A stretch of 17,423 bases of DNA from Bacteriovoracaceae bacterium (GTDB lineage: Bacteria > Bdellovibrionota > Bacteriovoracia > Bacteriovoracales > Bacteriovoracaceae): the NCBI GenBank assembly GCA_041586955.1, contig JBFGZE010000075.1, positions 1 through 17,423 of the forward strand, read 5' to 3'. A program made the translations under genes and the position numbers. Positions within the stretch are counted from its first letter, which is position 1, and the number at the start of each line of letters is the position of its first letter. Below the pieces are notes generated by a model. It saw only the letters and a list, made by a program, of their open reading frames with translations, had not been told where the DNA came from and searched no databases. This document shows positions 1-8,655 of the stretch, piece after piece.

Positions 1-2063
1 CTTAATATTCCATTTGAAGCGTGAGACACTATACTATACGTTAATCCATCACCTTCCTTGTCTTCCCCTTTTAAGACAAATCCCAATTTCTGATCCTGGT
101 TAACTTTTAATATAAGATCATTGGCCTTTGGCGCTGAATTTACCGATGGTTCCGCGAACTTTTTAACGATTATTGAAATCGTCGCCAAGTCAGAAACAAC
201 CTTTCCATCGTGAGCAGAAAAGGTAAATATATCACTTCCACTAAAGTTTTTATGTGGAGTATAGGTAAAATTATTCCCTGATAATCTCACATCACCGCTT
301 ATCGCCTGAGACGTAATTTTATAGGATAAAGAATCCCCATCCTTATCTCTTGCATTAAGTTGTCCCGAAACAGATTTATTATGATCAAGCTCATAAGAGG
401 CCCCTCTTGCCACTGGCCTGTTATTGGCAGATAACTGAGGCGTTACCGCTTCACCATATAATTTATCACCTTCCATAATAGCATTATAAATATTGATATT
501 GGCGCCGGTGACAAGCATATTGGTAATGTTTTGATTTTCGACCGCCGATTGATAAATAAGATCAATCATTTGTTTATAGCTAATATTTGGAAAACGATTG
601 TAGAGAACTGTTAAAACACCAGTAACATGGGCCGTCGCCATCGAAGTTCCACTCATATTTTGATAACGATTTCCACCAATTACTGTTGAATAAATATTTA
701 CCCCCGGCGCCCCGATGTCAACGTGTGGGGCCCCATAATTGCTAAAGCTGGCCAGTCTATTGTGACGATCAATAGCAAGAACGGAAACAATATTATCATT
801 ATCATAGGCAGCAGGATAAACTTTACGCGAGCTACTCTCATTACCGGAAGCGGAAACAACGATAATATCTTTGTATTTAGCATAATCAATAGCACCAATT
901 AAGGCACGTGAAGTCGCTTTTCCTCCCCATGAATTGTTTATGATTTTGGCGCCCATATGACGGGCATATTCAATCCCCTTAACAACATCTGAAGTTCTGC
1001 CAGAACCATGCGCATTAAAAACTTTGACGGGCAGAATTTTGGCCTTCCTGGCAACCCCTGCGACCCCACGAGTATTATTACCAATAGCACCAATGATTCC
1101 CGCACAATGAGTGCCGTGATCATTATCATCCAGTCCATTACCTTTATCGGCAATGAAGTTAGCACCATAATAATCGTCGACAATACCGTTATTATCGTCA
1201 TCTCTATTATTATTGGGAATTTCTTTGGTATTGAGGTAGATATTATCTTTAAGGTCTTCGTGATTATAATCAATACCCGTATCGATTATCGCCACAATCG
1301 GGCCAGGACCATCAGTTTGAAGGTCCCATGTTTTCGCAGCACCAATATTTTGCATCCCCCATAATTTGCTATAAAATTTATCGTTCGGGGTAGAGCTTAT
1401 TTTATTTTTGGTCTGACTGATCGTGATGATTTCATCACCTTCAGCGAAAAAGGCATCCTGAGAACTGTTTATAATCTTTTGAAATTCTTCATATTTTTCC
1501 AATTGATGATGGGGAATACGAACGAGGAAATTCCCCGTTTTTCCCAATTCCTTGACTACTCTTAATTCATATTTTTTAGCATAAGCTTTAAAGCTCTCAA
1601 GGTCATTAATTCTAACCATTAAGTGATCAGCAACGTATAGAATAGAACTCTCTATTCCATTTTTATCGATTATACTTTCAACGCGAACATAGGGACTTTG
1701 AAAGTCTGTTTTGACAATAAGAACTTTTTTATCATGTGGCCCTTCGCGGTAATTATACTCGGCGACAACTTCAAGAATTTTGATTTTTGTTTGAGGAATA
1801 TAAAGATGGTGCTCACCTTTCTCTTGCTCCCTTTGCCGCGTAACTATTTCTCTAAAAGGAGCAACTCGTTCAACTAATTCTTTTTTTTTGACCTCGAAAT
1901 TTTCCCTAACAATGTGTCTGTGCCAATGGCGATCTTTAAATAAATCTTTAGTGTGCCTCAAAGCGACTTGAACATATTTTCCCGTTGAGTACAAATGATA
2001 GTTCACGTATCCGATCAGGCCTACCCCCATAATAGCGATGACTAATTTACCTGGTGTTTTCAT
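1..2063 (-). CDS. S8 family (subtilisin-like) serine peptidase with N-terminal anchor/propeptide and C-terminal Ig-like (Big_9/cadherin-like) repeats; runs off the left edge
   Basis: Hand-translated open frame from ATG 2063, with GGAG just upstream. Starts MKTPGKLVIAIMGVGLIGYVNY. Catalytic motifs: VAIIDTG (Asp codon 1281-1283), HGTHCAG (His 1116-1118), ASGN oxyanion Asn, SGTSMA (Ser 642-644). Tail repeats: NNRPVA...ARDKDGDSLSY...FTYTPHKNFSGSDIFTFSAHDG and NSAPKA...GEDKEGDGLTY. Absent from the ORF track because the stop lies outside the window. Confidence 0.93.
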   Translation of the reverse strand, partial: MKTPGKLVIAIMGVGLIGYVNYHLYSTGKYVQVALRHTKDLFKDRHWHRHIVRENFEVKKKELVERVAPFREIVTRQREQEKGEHHLYIPQTKIKILEVVAEYNYREGPHDKKVLIVKTDFQSPYVRVESIIDKNGIESSILYVADHLMVRINDLESFKAYAKKYELRVVKELGKTGNFLVRIPHHQLEKYEEFQKIINSSQDAFFAEGDEIITISQTKNKISSTPNDKFYSKLWGMQNIGAAKTWDLQTDGPGPIVAIIDTGIDYNHEDLKDNIYLNTKEIPNNNRDDDNNGIVDDYYGANFIADKGNGLDDNDHGTHCAGIIGAIGNNTRGVAGVARKAKILPVKVFNAHGSGRTSDVVKGIEYARHMGAKIINNSWGGKATSRALIGAIDYAKYKDIIVVSASGNESSSRKVYPAAYDNDNIVSVLAIDRHNRLASFSNYGAPHVDIGAPGVNIYSTVIGGNRYQNMSGTSMATAHVTGVLTVLYNRFPNISYKQMIDLIYQSAVENQNITNMLVTGANINIYNAIMEGDKLYGEAVTPQLSANNRPVARGASYELDHNKSVSGQLNARDKDGDSLSYKITSQAISGDVRLSGNNFTYTPHKNFSGSDIFTFSAHDGKVVSDLATISIIVKKFAEPSVNSAPKANDLILKVNQDQKLGFVLKGEDKEGDGLTYSIVSHASNGIL

Positions 2064-2564
2064 GGATGCTCCACAGTATTTAGTCTCTCCACTAACTTGC
2101 GTTCAAGGCAATATTGGCCTATCAATTTACAGTTCACAAACAGCTCTTATTCTAAGCTCTTTAGCGAATTTTATTCAAAAAACTTACTCAAATTGGAAGA
2201 AATAGCTAAAAATATGAACTTTTCATGTCCCCTGCGGCCATAGCACTTTTAAAATTTCTGGTTTGAGATTGGCCCACGAAATTGGCAGAATTTAATTGTA
2301 TAACTCATTAAAAATAGAAACTTTATCGCCAAAACCGTGTATCCCTTTAGTATTAAAGAAAAAGTTGCATATAGAAGAGAGTCAAGAAAGGCCACCACTC
2401 TTAAATTTCAATAACATTAATAGAACAAAATGATCTCAAGTAAAACAATGCTTATCCAAACCTATCTCATTTTAAGATAGGGTTCATGCGCTAATTAAAC
2501 TTGTTCATACGCCAAAAGAGAGATAAAAAAATTTCCTATCATAATAAGAAATAGGTGGAATAAA

Positions 2565-3233
2565 ATGAAATTACTCCTAATGACGATTATCATGCCAATT
2601 TTGGTACTCGTGTGCCCACTTTTTGCAATGCCTCAAGAATTGACCATTAACGTTCACGGCCAGAAACTCCCGGATTATTCATCGATCCTCATCCCTATTA
2701 AATTAACGATTGTTAATAGGCCTGGGATTGTCCAGGCCGCCTCACAGCTGGGCAGTGAATTTAAAAAAATTATCGTTTACCGTGGCCTGACCCCAGACAA
2801 TGCAAATATATGGGTCGATCATAAGAGTTCAAGGGGCGTTCAATCCCAAAAAAGAATTTATAAGGCCTTCCACAACTATATCATTCAACAAAATGAGTAC
2901 CGAGATGATAGTGATGAAGAAGAAAAGGAACATTTAATAGGTCAAGATTATTGTCAGCAAGACTTTCAAGCGGAAGGCGATACATTAGACTTTTTTCTAT
3001 CGCGCTCAGCTATTGATGATATCGATATTAAAATTCAGGCCTATCAAAACTTTTTTAGATCCCTCGACTATACCAGCAAGGGAGAATTGCGTTTACCTTT
3101 AAGAACAATGATTTGCGAGACTTCACCATCAAGTGTTAACTTTTTCCACGGTTTTATTGTCGCCAAAACTCCGCCGCAGAAACCAGACCGTAGTTTTTAT
3201 TTCGTTTTATTAGTGGATACTTACCAAGAATAA
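2565..3233 (+). CDS. Hypothetical exported protein (222 aa) with N-terminal signal peptide
   Basis: Long ORF with AGGTGG RBS. MKLLLMTIIMPILVLVCPLFA resembles a Sec signal. No family recognised. Confidence 0.75.
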   Translation: MKLLLMTIIMPILVLVCPLFAMPQELTINVHGQKLPDYSSILIPIKLTIVNRPGIVQAASQLGSEFKKIIVYRGLTPDNANIWVDHKSSRGVQSQKRIYKAFHNYIIQQNEYRDDSDEEEKEHLIGQDYCQQDFQAEGDTLDFFLSRSAIDDIDIKIQAYQNFFRSLDYTSKGELRLPLRTMICETSPSSVNFFHGFIVAKTPPQKPDRSFYFVLLVDTYQE

Positions 3234-3276
3234 ATTCCTAAATTGGCCCCACAATAAGAACCTGCATAATAAATAT

Positions 3277-3696
3277 TTAGATAGAATAGCGTTTAGAAAT
3301 CCAACGCTTAACCAAAACTCCTAAAATGAGAAAAACCATAAATAATAGCATTTTAGGCCTTAAAGTTACCATATTGACCAATCCAGGACCCGGACAAATT
3401 CCAACCAGGCCCCAGCCGATACCAAAAATAATGGATCCGACAACCAAGGGGGCATCAACTTTGGTGTTTTGCGGTAAAGACATTTCCCCACCACAGACAG
3501 GAGCTTTCCTTTTCATTAAAAAAGGAAAAGTAATAAGATTAACCACCACTGCCCCCCCCATAACGAAGGCCAAGTCCGGGTCCCATTGTCCAAAAATATC
3601 GAGAAAGCCAATGACTTTATTGGGATTAATCATTCCGGAAATAATAAGGCCAATAGAAAATAGGCCACCTGATATAAATGCCGTCAATAATCTCAT
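3277..3696 (-). CDS. YeeE/YedE family sulfur-compound transporter subunit (DUF6691-type half)
   Basis: Hydrophobic protein with GLIISGM.NP.KVIGFLD...WDP.LAFVMGGA and FGIGWGLVGICPGP motifs. AAGGAG RBS spacing favours ATG 3696 over 3699. Confidence 0.9.
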   Translation of the reverse strand: MRLLTAFISGGLFSIGLIISGMINPNKVIGFLDIFGQWDPDLAFVMGGAVVVNLITFPFLMKRKAPVCGGEMSLPQNTKVDAPLVVGSIIFGIGWGLVGICPGPGLVNMVTLRPKMLLFMVFLILGVLVKRWISKRYSI

Positions 3697-3705
3697 CATG
3701 ACTCC

Positions 3706-4107
3706 TTAAAATAATTGCACGATAACGATCCCCGCTATCATAAAAATAATGGTGGCCATAATAGAACGCTTTGATCGCCGCGGAATGCCGCAAACACCGT
3801 GGCCACTGGTGCAGCCCCCCCCCAATCTTGTTCCAACGCCGACTAAAAAACCGCCCAGTCCAATGCGAAAGAAATCCTCATTTAATGAATAATTGAAAAA
3901 TTCAGGGAACCAATTGAGGCCAATAATGGAAGTGATAAAGAGTCCTAATAAAAAGGAGTATTGCCAGTCAATACTTGCAGGGGCCCACTTTAAAGAAGAA
4001 TCCAAAATACCACTTAGTCCCATTATTTTGCCGTTAAAGAGCAATAGTATTGAAGCCGCCACCCCAATTAAAATGCCTCCGAGAAGTGGGTATAGATAGT
4101 TTTCCAT
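3706..4107 (-). CDS. YeeE/YedE family sulfur-compound transporter subunit (N-terminal half)
   Basis: LLGGILIG...NGKIMGLSG and LVGVGTRLGGGCTSGHGVCG...S.RS motifs. Starts 1 bp after the dioxygenase stop. Confidence 0.92.
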   Translation of the reverse strand: MENYLYPLLGGILIGVAASILLLFNGKIMGLSGILDSSLKWAPASIDWQYSFLLGLFITSIIGLNWFPEFFNYSLNEDFFRIGLGGFLVGVGTRLGGGCTSGHGVCGIPRRSKRSIMATIIFMIAGIVIVQLF

Positions 4108-4108
4108 T

Positions 4109-4972
4109 TCAAGACTCCTGTAAGCTCACGGGAATTTTAATATAACTTTGTCCATTACTTTCGCTAGTAGGAAAATGGCCACCATCAATATTGATTTGAA
4201 TCGATGGCAATAATAATCGCGGGGCAGATAGTTCTGCATCACGCTTGGTGCGAAAACTGATAAATTCCTCTCGCGTCGTCTCTGCATTTAAATGAATATT
4301 ATGCGCCTTCTCTTCACCGATAGAACTTTCCCATCTCAACTCGCGTCCACCAGGCCTATAATCGTGCCCAACATAAACTTTAGTTTCATCTGGCAATTTG
4401 TATAATTTCTCGGAAATGGAATCATATAAATCACTCGCTGAACCGTCGGGAAAGTCACAGCGTCCCGTTCCAAAGTCGGGAATAAAAATAGCATCCCCCG
4501 TGAAAAGACAATCCTCGATAAGATAGGAGCTACAGGCCGGCGTATGTCCAGGTGTAGAAAAAACCTTGACTGAGAATTGCCCGATTTCCCAGGTTTCTCC
4601 GTCTTTTAACAAACGGTCAAATTGAGCACCATCTGTTCTCATCTCGCTCAGATTAAAAACATTTTTAAAAGTCTTTTGAACTTTACAAATACCTTCCCCA
4701 ATCCCCACCAGGGCATCAGGATAACGCCTTTTTAATTGGGCCGCTCCAGTTATATGATCGGCATGAGCATGAGTCTCCAAGATTGCACACAGCACCAATT
4801 TTTTATCTTTAAGAAATTGACCCACAGAATTAATGCTGTCCAGCCGGCATGTCGATGGGCCAGAATCATAATTAAGGACAGGATCAATGACAAGGGCATC
4901 CCCTCCCTCTTGCTGGTAAACAATATAGGTAAATGTACTGGTGTCTTTATCAAATAACGCTTCAACCTTCAT
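4109..4972 (-). CDS. MBL-fold persulfide dioxygenase (ETHE1/Sdo/Blh-like)
   Basis: IDPV, ETHAHADH, TPGHTPAC, FTGDAIF.PDFGTGRCDFP, GHDY and C-terminal KRDAELSAPRLLLPSIQIN motifs. GGAGG RBS. Adjacent to the YeeE/YedE pair. Confidence 0.92.
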   Translation of the reverse strand: MKVEALFDKDTSTFTYIVYQQEGGDALVIDPVLNYDSGPSTCRLDSINSVGQFLKDKKLVLCAILETHAHADHITGAAQLKRRYPDALVGIGEGICKVQKTFKNVFNLSEMRTDGAQFDRLLKDGETWEIGQFSVKVFSTPGHTPACSSYLIEDCLFTGDAIFIPDFGTGRCDFPDGSASDLYDSISEKLYKLPDETKVYVGHDYRPGGRELRWESSIGEEKAHNIHLNAETTREEFISFRTKRDAELSAPRLLLPSIQINIDGGHFPTSESNGQSYIKIPVSLQES

Positions 4973-5233
4973 AAATCCTCCGTCAATTCAGCCTATTATG
5001 CCTTAAACGATTCAAGACAGCCAGGCCATTTGCGGCATCGCCGAATAAGTGGATTACGTTTGAGACTATTGATCAAAGTATCAGTCTAAAGGCACTCTAT
5101 GTAAAATTTAACAACGAGTCGCGCCACTCAACCTAATTTAAAGATGTTAACCCCTGCTCGAACAAAGGCCAATATTGTCAAATCCTAGTTGATGGGGTTT
5201 ACCTTAGTCATAGATAATCAATAGGAGTTTATC

Positions 5234-5407
5234 ATGAAAAAACTTATCGCTTTAATTGCTCTTGCGGCCTCTGTTTCGACATTTACCAGTGTTCCTCGTA
5301 GCTTTTGTCTTCGTTTTCTTCCTGACAATTTTCCAGCTTTTAAAGCTTGTATGAATGGTGATTACGATAGTCCTGCTACTCCAGCTGCTCCTGTTTCTGG
5401 CAATTAA
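5234..5407 (+). CDS. Small secreted protein, 57 aa (MKKLIALIALAASVSTFTSVPRSFCLRFLPDNFPAFKACMNGDYDSPATPAAPVSGN)
   Basis: Below the ORF-track cutoff. AGGAG at 5223-5227, typical MKK plus hydrophobic signal sequence, stop at 5405-5407 followed directly by a hairpin. Confidence 0.75.
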   Translation: MKKLIALIALAASVSTFTSVPRSFCLRFLPDNFPAFKACMNGDYDSPATPAAPVSGN

Positions 5408-5413
5408 TTTTTG

Positions 5414-5446
5414 AAAAAGGCTTCTTTTTTAAAGAGAGGCCTTTTT
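5414..5446. terminator. Putative bidirectional intrinsic terminator between convergent genes
   Basis: AAAAAGGCTTCTT pairs with GAGAGGCCTTTTT (two G-U pairs), with A/T tracts at both ends. Overlaps the glycosyltransferase stop codon. Confidence 0.55.
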
Positions 5447-6526
5447 AAAAATATCATCATAAGTTGATATTAATTGACGCCAATCGTAGCGCTCCATCTT
5501 TTCACTTAAAAATATTTCTGGCACACCATCAATTAATAAAGCTTCAAGCTTATCTTCTAATTCCTGCTCTTGCTCATAGAAAAATTGTGGGTACTCTTCG
5601 GAGTTTATATGTTCAGGGTAGGCCAAGCGCTTGGGAAGAATTGGATAAGCTCCTGCATAAATTGCCTCCACCACACTGATTCCAAAAAAATCATGAACAG
5701 AGGTGACAGGAATAATATCGCATTGCCGAAGCCACCAACAATAAGTTTGATAGGACTTGCAATGACCCCATTGGACAATATGATCTTTGAGTCGCTCCTG
5801 GGCCTCTTTAAAAATAGCAGGGTATTTTTTTTGCCCTTGACCTAAAACGACTAACTCAAAAGCGAATCCTTTTTCTTTCATGGTAAATAATAATTCGAAA
5901 AATTGATCAGGGTTTTTATCATGTTCCCAGCGGTGATTCCATAAAATGCGAGGGACACGCCCCTTATGGCGATCGAGAGAAGCAAGTATTCGCAAATCAA
6001 GGCCCAAAGGGAGCACCTGTGACTTGGCAGTAATATCATCGACAATTTCCAATTCTCTATAATCTGGCATAGAGGTCAAAAGCTTCTGCGCCCCCTTCAA
6101 GAAAGTAGAACGATTATACTCACTATTAAAAAGAACCTGCTCAGAGGCGTGCGCGGTGGTGAGGTTTTTAAAGGCGTAATGCTGGTCGCGCTTAAGACGC
6201 ATATCTTCACAACCATCAACCCAGGGATAAGAAAATTGATTTTCATGAAAGTATGTAATGAGAGGAATTTGTTGATAGCGAGGGAGCAAAAGCCCTTTAA
6301 ATGTGGCGACATCGAGCATATCACTGGCGACAAAGAGGTCAATTTTCCCCTTTGACTCATTCACCATTTTAGCGAGAGTCACAGCGCCTCCATAACTACG
6401 CCATTTCCAAAAGCGACCAGGCATAGAAAATAGAGTACTCTCATGCTGACTGAGTTCCATCAATTGATCGAGCCAAGTGAGATGGCTGCCACTATAAAAT
6501 GGTTCTAAAAAAGCTATTTTACTCAT
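5429..6526 (-). CDS. DUF3524 GT-B glycosyltransferase, homologue of GTDC1/QTMAN (tRNA-queuosine alpha-mannosyltransferase family)
   Basis: LEPFYSGSH, MPGRFWKWR, YFHENQFSYP, FNSEYN, ILWNHRWEHDKNP, HDFFGISVVEA and P.RLAYPE motifs. Strong GAGGAGG RBS. Confidence 0.88.
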   Translation of the reverse strand: MSKIAFLEPFYSGSHLTWLDQLMELSQHESTLFSMPGRFWKWRSYGGAVTLAKMVNESKGKIDLFVASDMLDVATFKGLLLPRYQQIPLITYFHENQFSYPWVDGCEDMRLKRDQHYAFKNLTTAHASEQVLFNSEYNRSTFLKGAQKLLTSMPDYRELEIVDDITAKSQVLPLGLDLRILASLDRHKGRVPRILWNHRWEHDKNPDQFFELLFTMKEKGFAFELVVLGQGQKKYPAIFKEAQERLKDHIVQWGHCKSYQTYCWWLRQCDIIPVTSVHDFFGISVVEAIYAGAYPILPKRLAYPEHINSEEYPQFFYEQEQELEDKLEALLIDGVPEIFLSEKMERYDWRQLISTYDDIFKKASL

Positions 6527-6959
6527 GGCCCCTCCTCAGTTTAATCGGCGATCAGCATACCGAATAACCATCACTTGTTAGTTCATACCCAGAAACATGA
6601 ACCTGACATCAAAAAAAGTTATGCACTTTTGGCCATTTTTTTAAAAAGAATGCTAGATTTTTGATCATGATAAAAAAACCACAAGTTAAGTTCAATGCAA
6701 AAACATATGCCTAAAGAAGAGAACCATAGATAAGTCTATTTTTCCAGTGGCGAGAACACATTTCAAAAGCAAAAACACGACATCGATCACGGGTACACTT
6801 CTTTCATAAATATCAACTCTTCCGAAGTTTTGGTTTTAATTATTAGCAGAAACCAGAACCAGACTGAATGGCCATGATATTATTTTATTTCTGATTATTT
6901 TGCCCCGCATATTTCTTTACCACCTATCCCTTTATAATAACGTTAATGGGAGTTTCAAG

Positions 6960-7160
6960 ATGATTCGAATTCTTTTTCTTTTCGCTTTTTTATGTTCTTG
7001 CGCCAATGTCAAACAAATCGACCGCGGTCGCCTCTCCAGTCGCCTGATGCAATTTGACCCCACACCGGAAGAATCTCTCTTTATCAACAAGGTAAACTCC
7101 TACAGAGAAGGCGCAGCAGGCGGTAATGCTGCCGTTGGAGGTGGATGTGGATGCAATTAA
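6960..7160 (+). CDS. DUF4266 family small lipoprotein (66 aa)
   Basis: ATG 6960 with GGGAG RBS. Lipobox-like FLCSC and the diagnostic C-terminal YREGAAGG...GGGCGCN. The ORF-track start at 6900 is too early. Confidence 0.9.
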   Translation: MIRILFLFAFLCSCANVKQIDRGRLSSRLMQFDPTPEESLFINKVNSYREGAAGGNAAVGGGCGCN

Positions 7161-8298
7161 AAGGAAGGTCTTACTTTGTTGTTTACTCATTTTCGGCCAA
7201 AACAGTTGGGCGATCGGAAAGGGTAAGGCCAAGTGGGTGCTTAATTTATATGCACAAAATGGTGACGGAGGTCATCAAATTTTCGATAATTCTAAAAATG
7301 AAGAAGCTTATGCCTTCGAACCCATGCTTTTTGTGGCCTACCAAATCAATAAAAAAACAAATATAAGTGGCCATTTTGTTTTTGATACCTGGACTGCAGC
7401 GAGTGACACCAAATTGGATGAAAGTACTGGTGCGAGTGGAGAGGGGATAAAAAGTCAGTCCAGGACGAGCGGTAGTCTAGCAATATCCAGAGATCATAAG
7501 AGCTGGAGATGGTCCTCTCAATTAGGAGTCTCCAGCGAATATGATTATCGCTCGCTCAACTTTGGAGGTAATCTTCAAAAGAGTTTTGCCCAAGATAATT
7601 TCGTTCTCAGTTTATCTCCACAAATTTACCTTGATCAGGCACGTGACTTTGATATTGCCTCTAATCAAACCCTCAACTTCAAAGGTAGAACCATCTGGTC
7701 AATGGATTTAAGTGGCAGTCAATTATTGACACCCAATGATGTTATTCAAGTCAGCTACACCTTTATTCATATGAATGGCATGCTTAATAATATCTCAAAC
7801 TCAGTTCATGTTTCATCAAATCCCTATAATAATAATTTTTCTCGTTATGACGAACGTTTACCCGATAAGCGATTAAGGCATGCACTTTCATCTAAATTAG
7901 TCCATGCTTTTAATGATGAAAATGCGGGCCATATTTCGTATCGCTATTATGAGGATAATTGGGATATAAATGCTCAAACTGCAGAGCTTGGCCACCGCCT
8001 CAGTTTTAACGATGATAAAAGTTTTCTGATGCTGACTTATCGTTTTTACGATCAAAGTCAAAGTCAGTATTTTAAAGAAAGTTTTCAGGTGGTCGAAACT
8101 CATATGACAAGTGACTCAGACCTAGCAAACTTTACTTCTCACCGCTTTGGTGGCCATTATTCTCATAAGATTGAAGATTCACAAATATTTGGAATGCTAT
8201 TAGCAAATATGGAATGGTCAGCTGCTACCTATTTTTCCTCCAGAAGTAATGGTCTCCAATCCCAAATTCTACAGGCCGGATTGGGAGCGGAGTTTTAA
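7147..8298 (+). CDS. DUF3570 family protein, predicted outer-membrane beta-barrel
   Basis: Overlaps the DUF4266 tail, with a probable GTG start at 7147 after GGAGG. Signal peptide ends ...QNSWA. Motifs DTWTAASD, SSEYDYRS, ERLPDKRLRH, SYRYYEDNWDI, YRFYDQS, TSDSDLANF and a C-terminal Phe. Confidence 0.88.
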   Translation: MDAIKRKVLLCCLLIFGQNSWAIGKGKAKWVLNLYAQNGDGGHQIFDNSKNEEAYAFEPMLFVAYQINKKTNISGHFVFDTWTAASDTKLDESTGASGEGIKSQSRTSGSLAISRDHKSWRWSSQLGVSSEYDYRSLNFGGNLQKSFAQDNFVLSLSPQIYLDQARDFDIASNQTLNFKGRTIWSMDLSGSQLLTPNDVIQVSYTFIHMNGMLNNISNSVHVSSNPYNNNFSRYDERLPDKRLRHALSSKLVHAFNDENAGHISYRYYEDNWDINAQTAELGHRLSFNDDKSFLMLTYRFYDQSQSQYFKESFQVVETHMTSDSDLANFTSHRFGGHYSHKIEDSQIFGMLLANMEWSAATYFSSRSNGLQSQILQAGLGAEF

Positions 8299-8655
8299 AT
8301 GAGTGATCATTTGGTTCTCATTAAAGAAAAGCATAGGGATTGTAAATTTTCTATTCAATGCTCCCCCTCTTATGTAGCACAGAGCAAGTTAAAGAGATCA
8401 TTCAATAAGATTTTCAGGAAATCGCGCGAATCGAAAATTTATGTACCGTTTTTCGCTTTGGACCATTCAATGAAGTTAATAATCACGCTGGAATATAACC
8501 CATCCAAGTGAATGACGAATTATTTAGGTTAATCCAAAAAGCACAATGATATTCAAAAGTATCACTAGGCATTGTTGATATTAATTATGCATCTGTTGGC
8601 CAATTATGGCGACAAGCAAAGTCTTAAGGGACTTGGGGGAATAAGAAAAGGCCTT
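8299..8655 (+). pseudogene. apbE: Degenerate FAD:protein FMN transferase (ApbE): frameshifted, multiple stops, internally deleted
   Basis: ATG 8299 directly follows the DUF3570 stop. After a frameshift near 8365-8372 the frame reads EQVKEIIQ*DFQEIARIENLCTVFRFGPFNEVNNHAGI*PIQVNDELFRLIQKAQ*YSKVSLGIVDINYASVGQLWRQAKS*, with stops at 8406, 8496, 8547 and 8625. This matches the ApbE N-terminal pattern. GLGGIRKG at 8629-8652 matches the ApbE LGGI.KG motif. Confidence 0.8.

Noticed and set aside
698..1364. Track ORFs 698-898, 938-1273 and 1008-1364
   Set aside because: Alternative-frame or antisense shadows of the S8 peptidase.
2770..2790. IVYRGL in the 222-aa protein resembles the first strand of ADP-ribosyltransferases
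   Set aside because: No convincing S-x-S or catalytic Glu motif follows, and one short motif is not enough.
3326..6360. Short ORFs overlapping the YeeE/YedE, dioxygenase and glycosyltransferase genes
   Set aside because: They lie within well-supported genes and show no motifs.
6695..6937. Plus-strand frame with two internal stops (6731, 6875) ending PHISLPPIPL upstream of DUF4266; possible decayed gene
   Set aside because: No recognisable homology, so it cannot be separated from chance without blastx.
7145..7366. Alternative MQLK... frame at the DUF3570 start, which could suggest a frameshift
   Set aside because: The long frame has its own GTG start, RBS and signal peptide, so no frameshift is needed.
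8299..8511. 70-aa ORF as a real small protein
   Set aside because: It is the apbE pseudogene start running out of frame.
8406..8627. Stop-codon recoding or selenocysteine in the apbE region
   Set aside because: The stops are a mix of TAA and TGA and come with frameshifts and deletions, while neighbouring genes use the standard code. This is decay.
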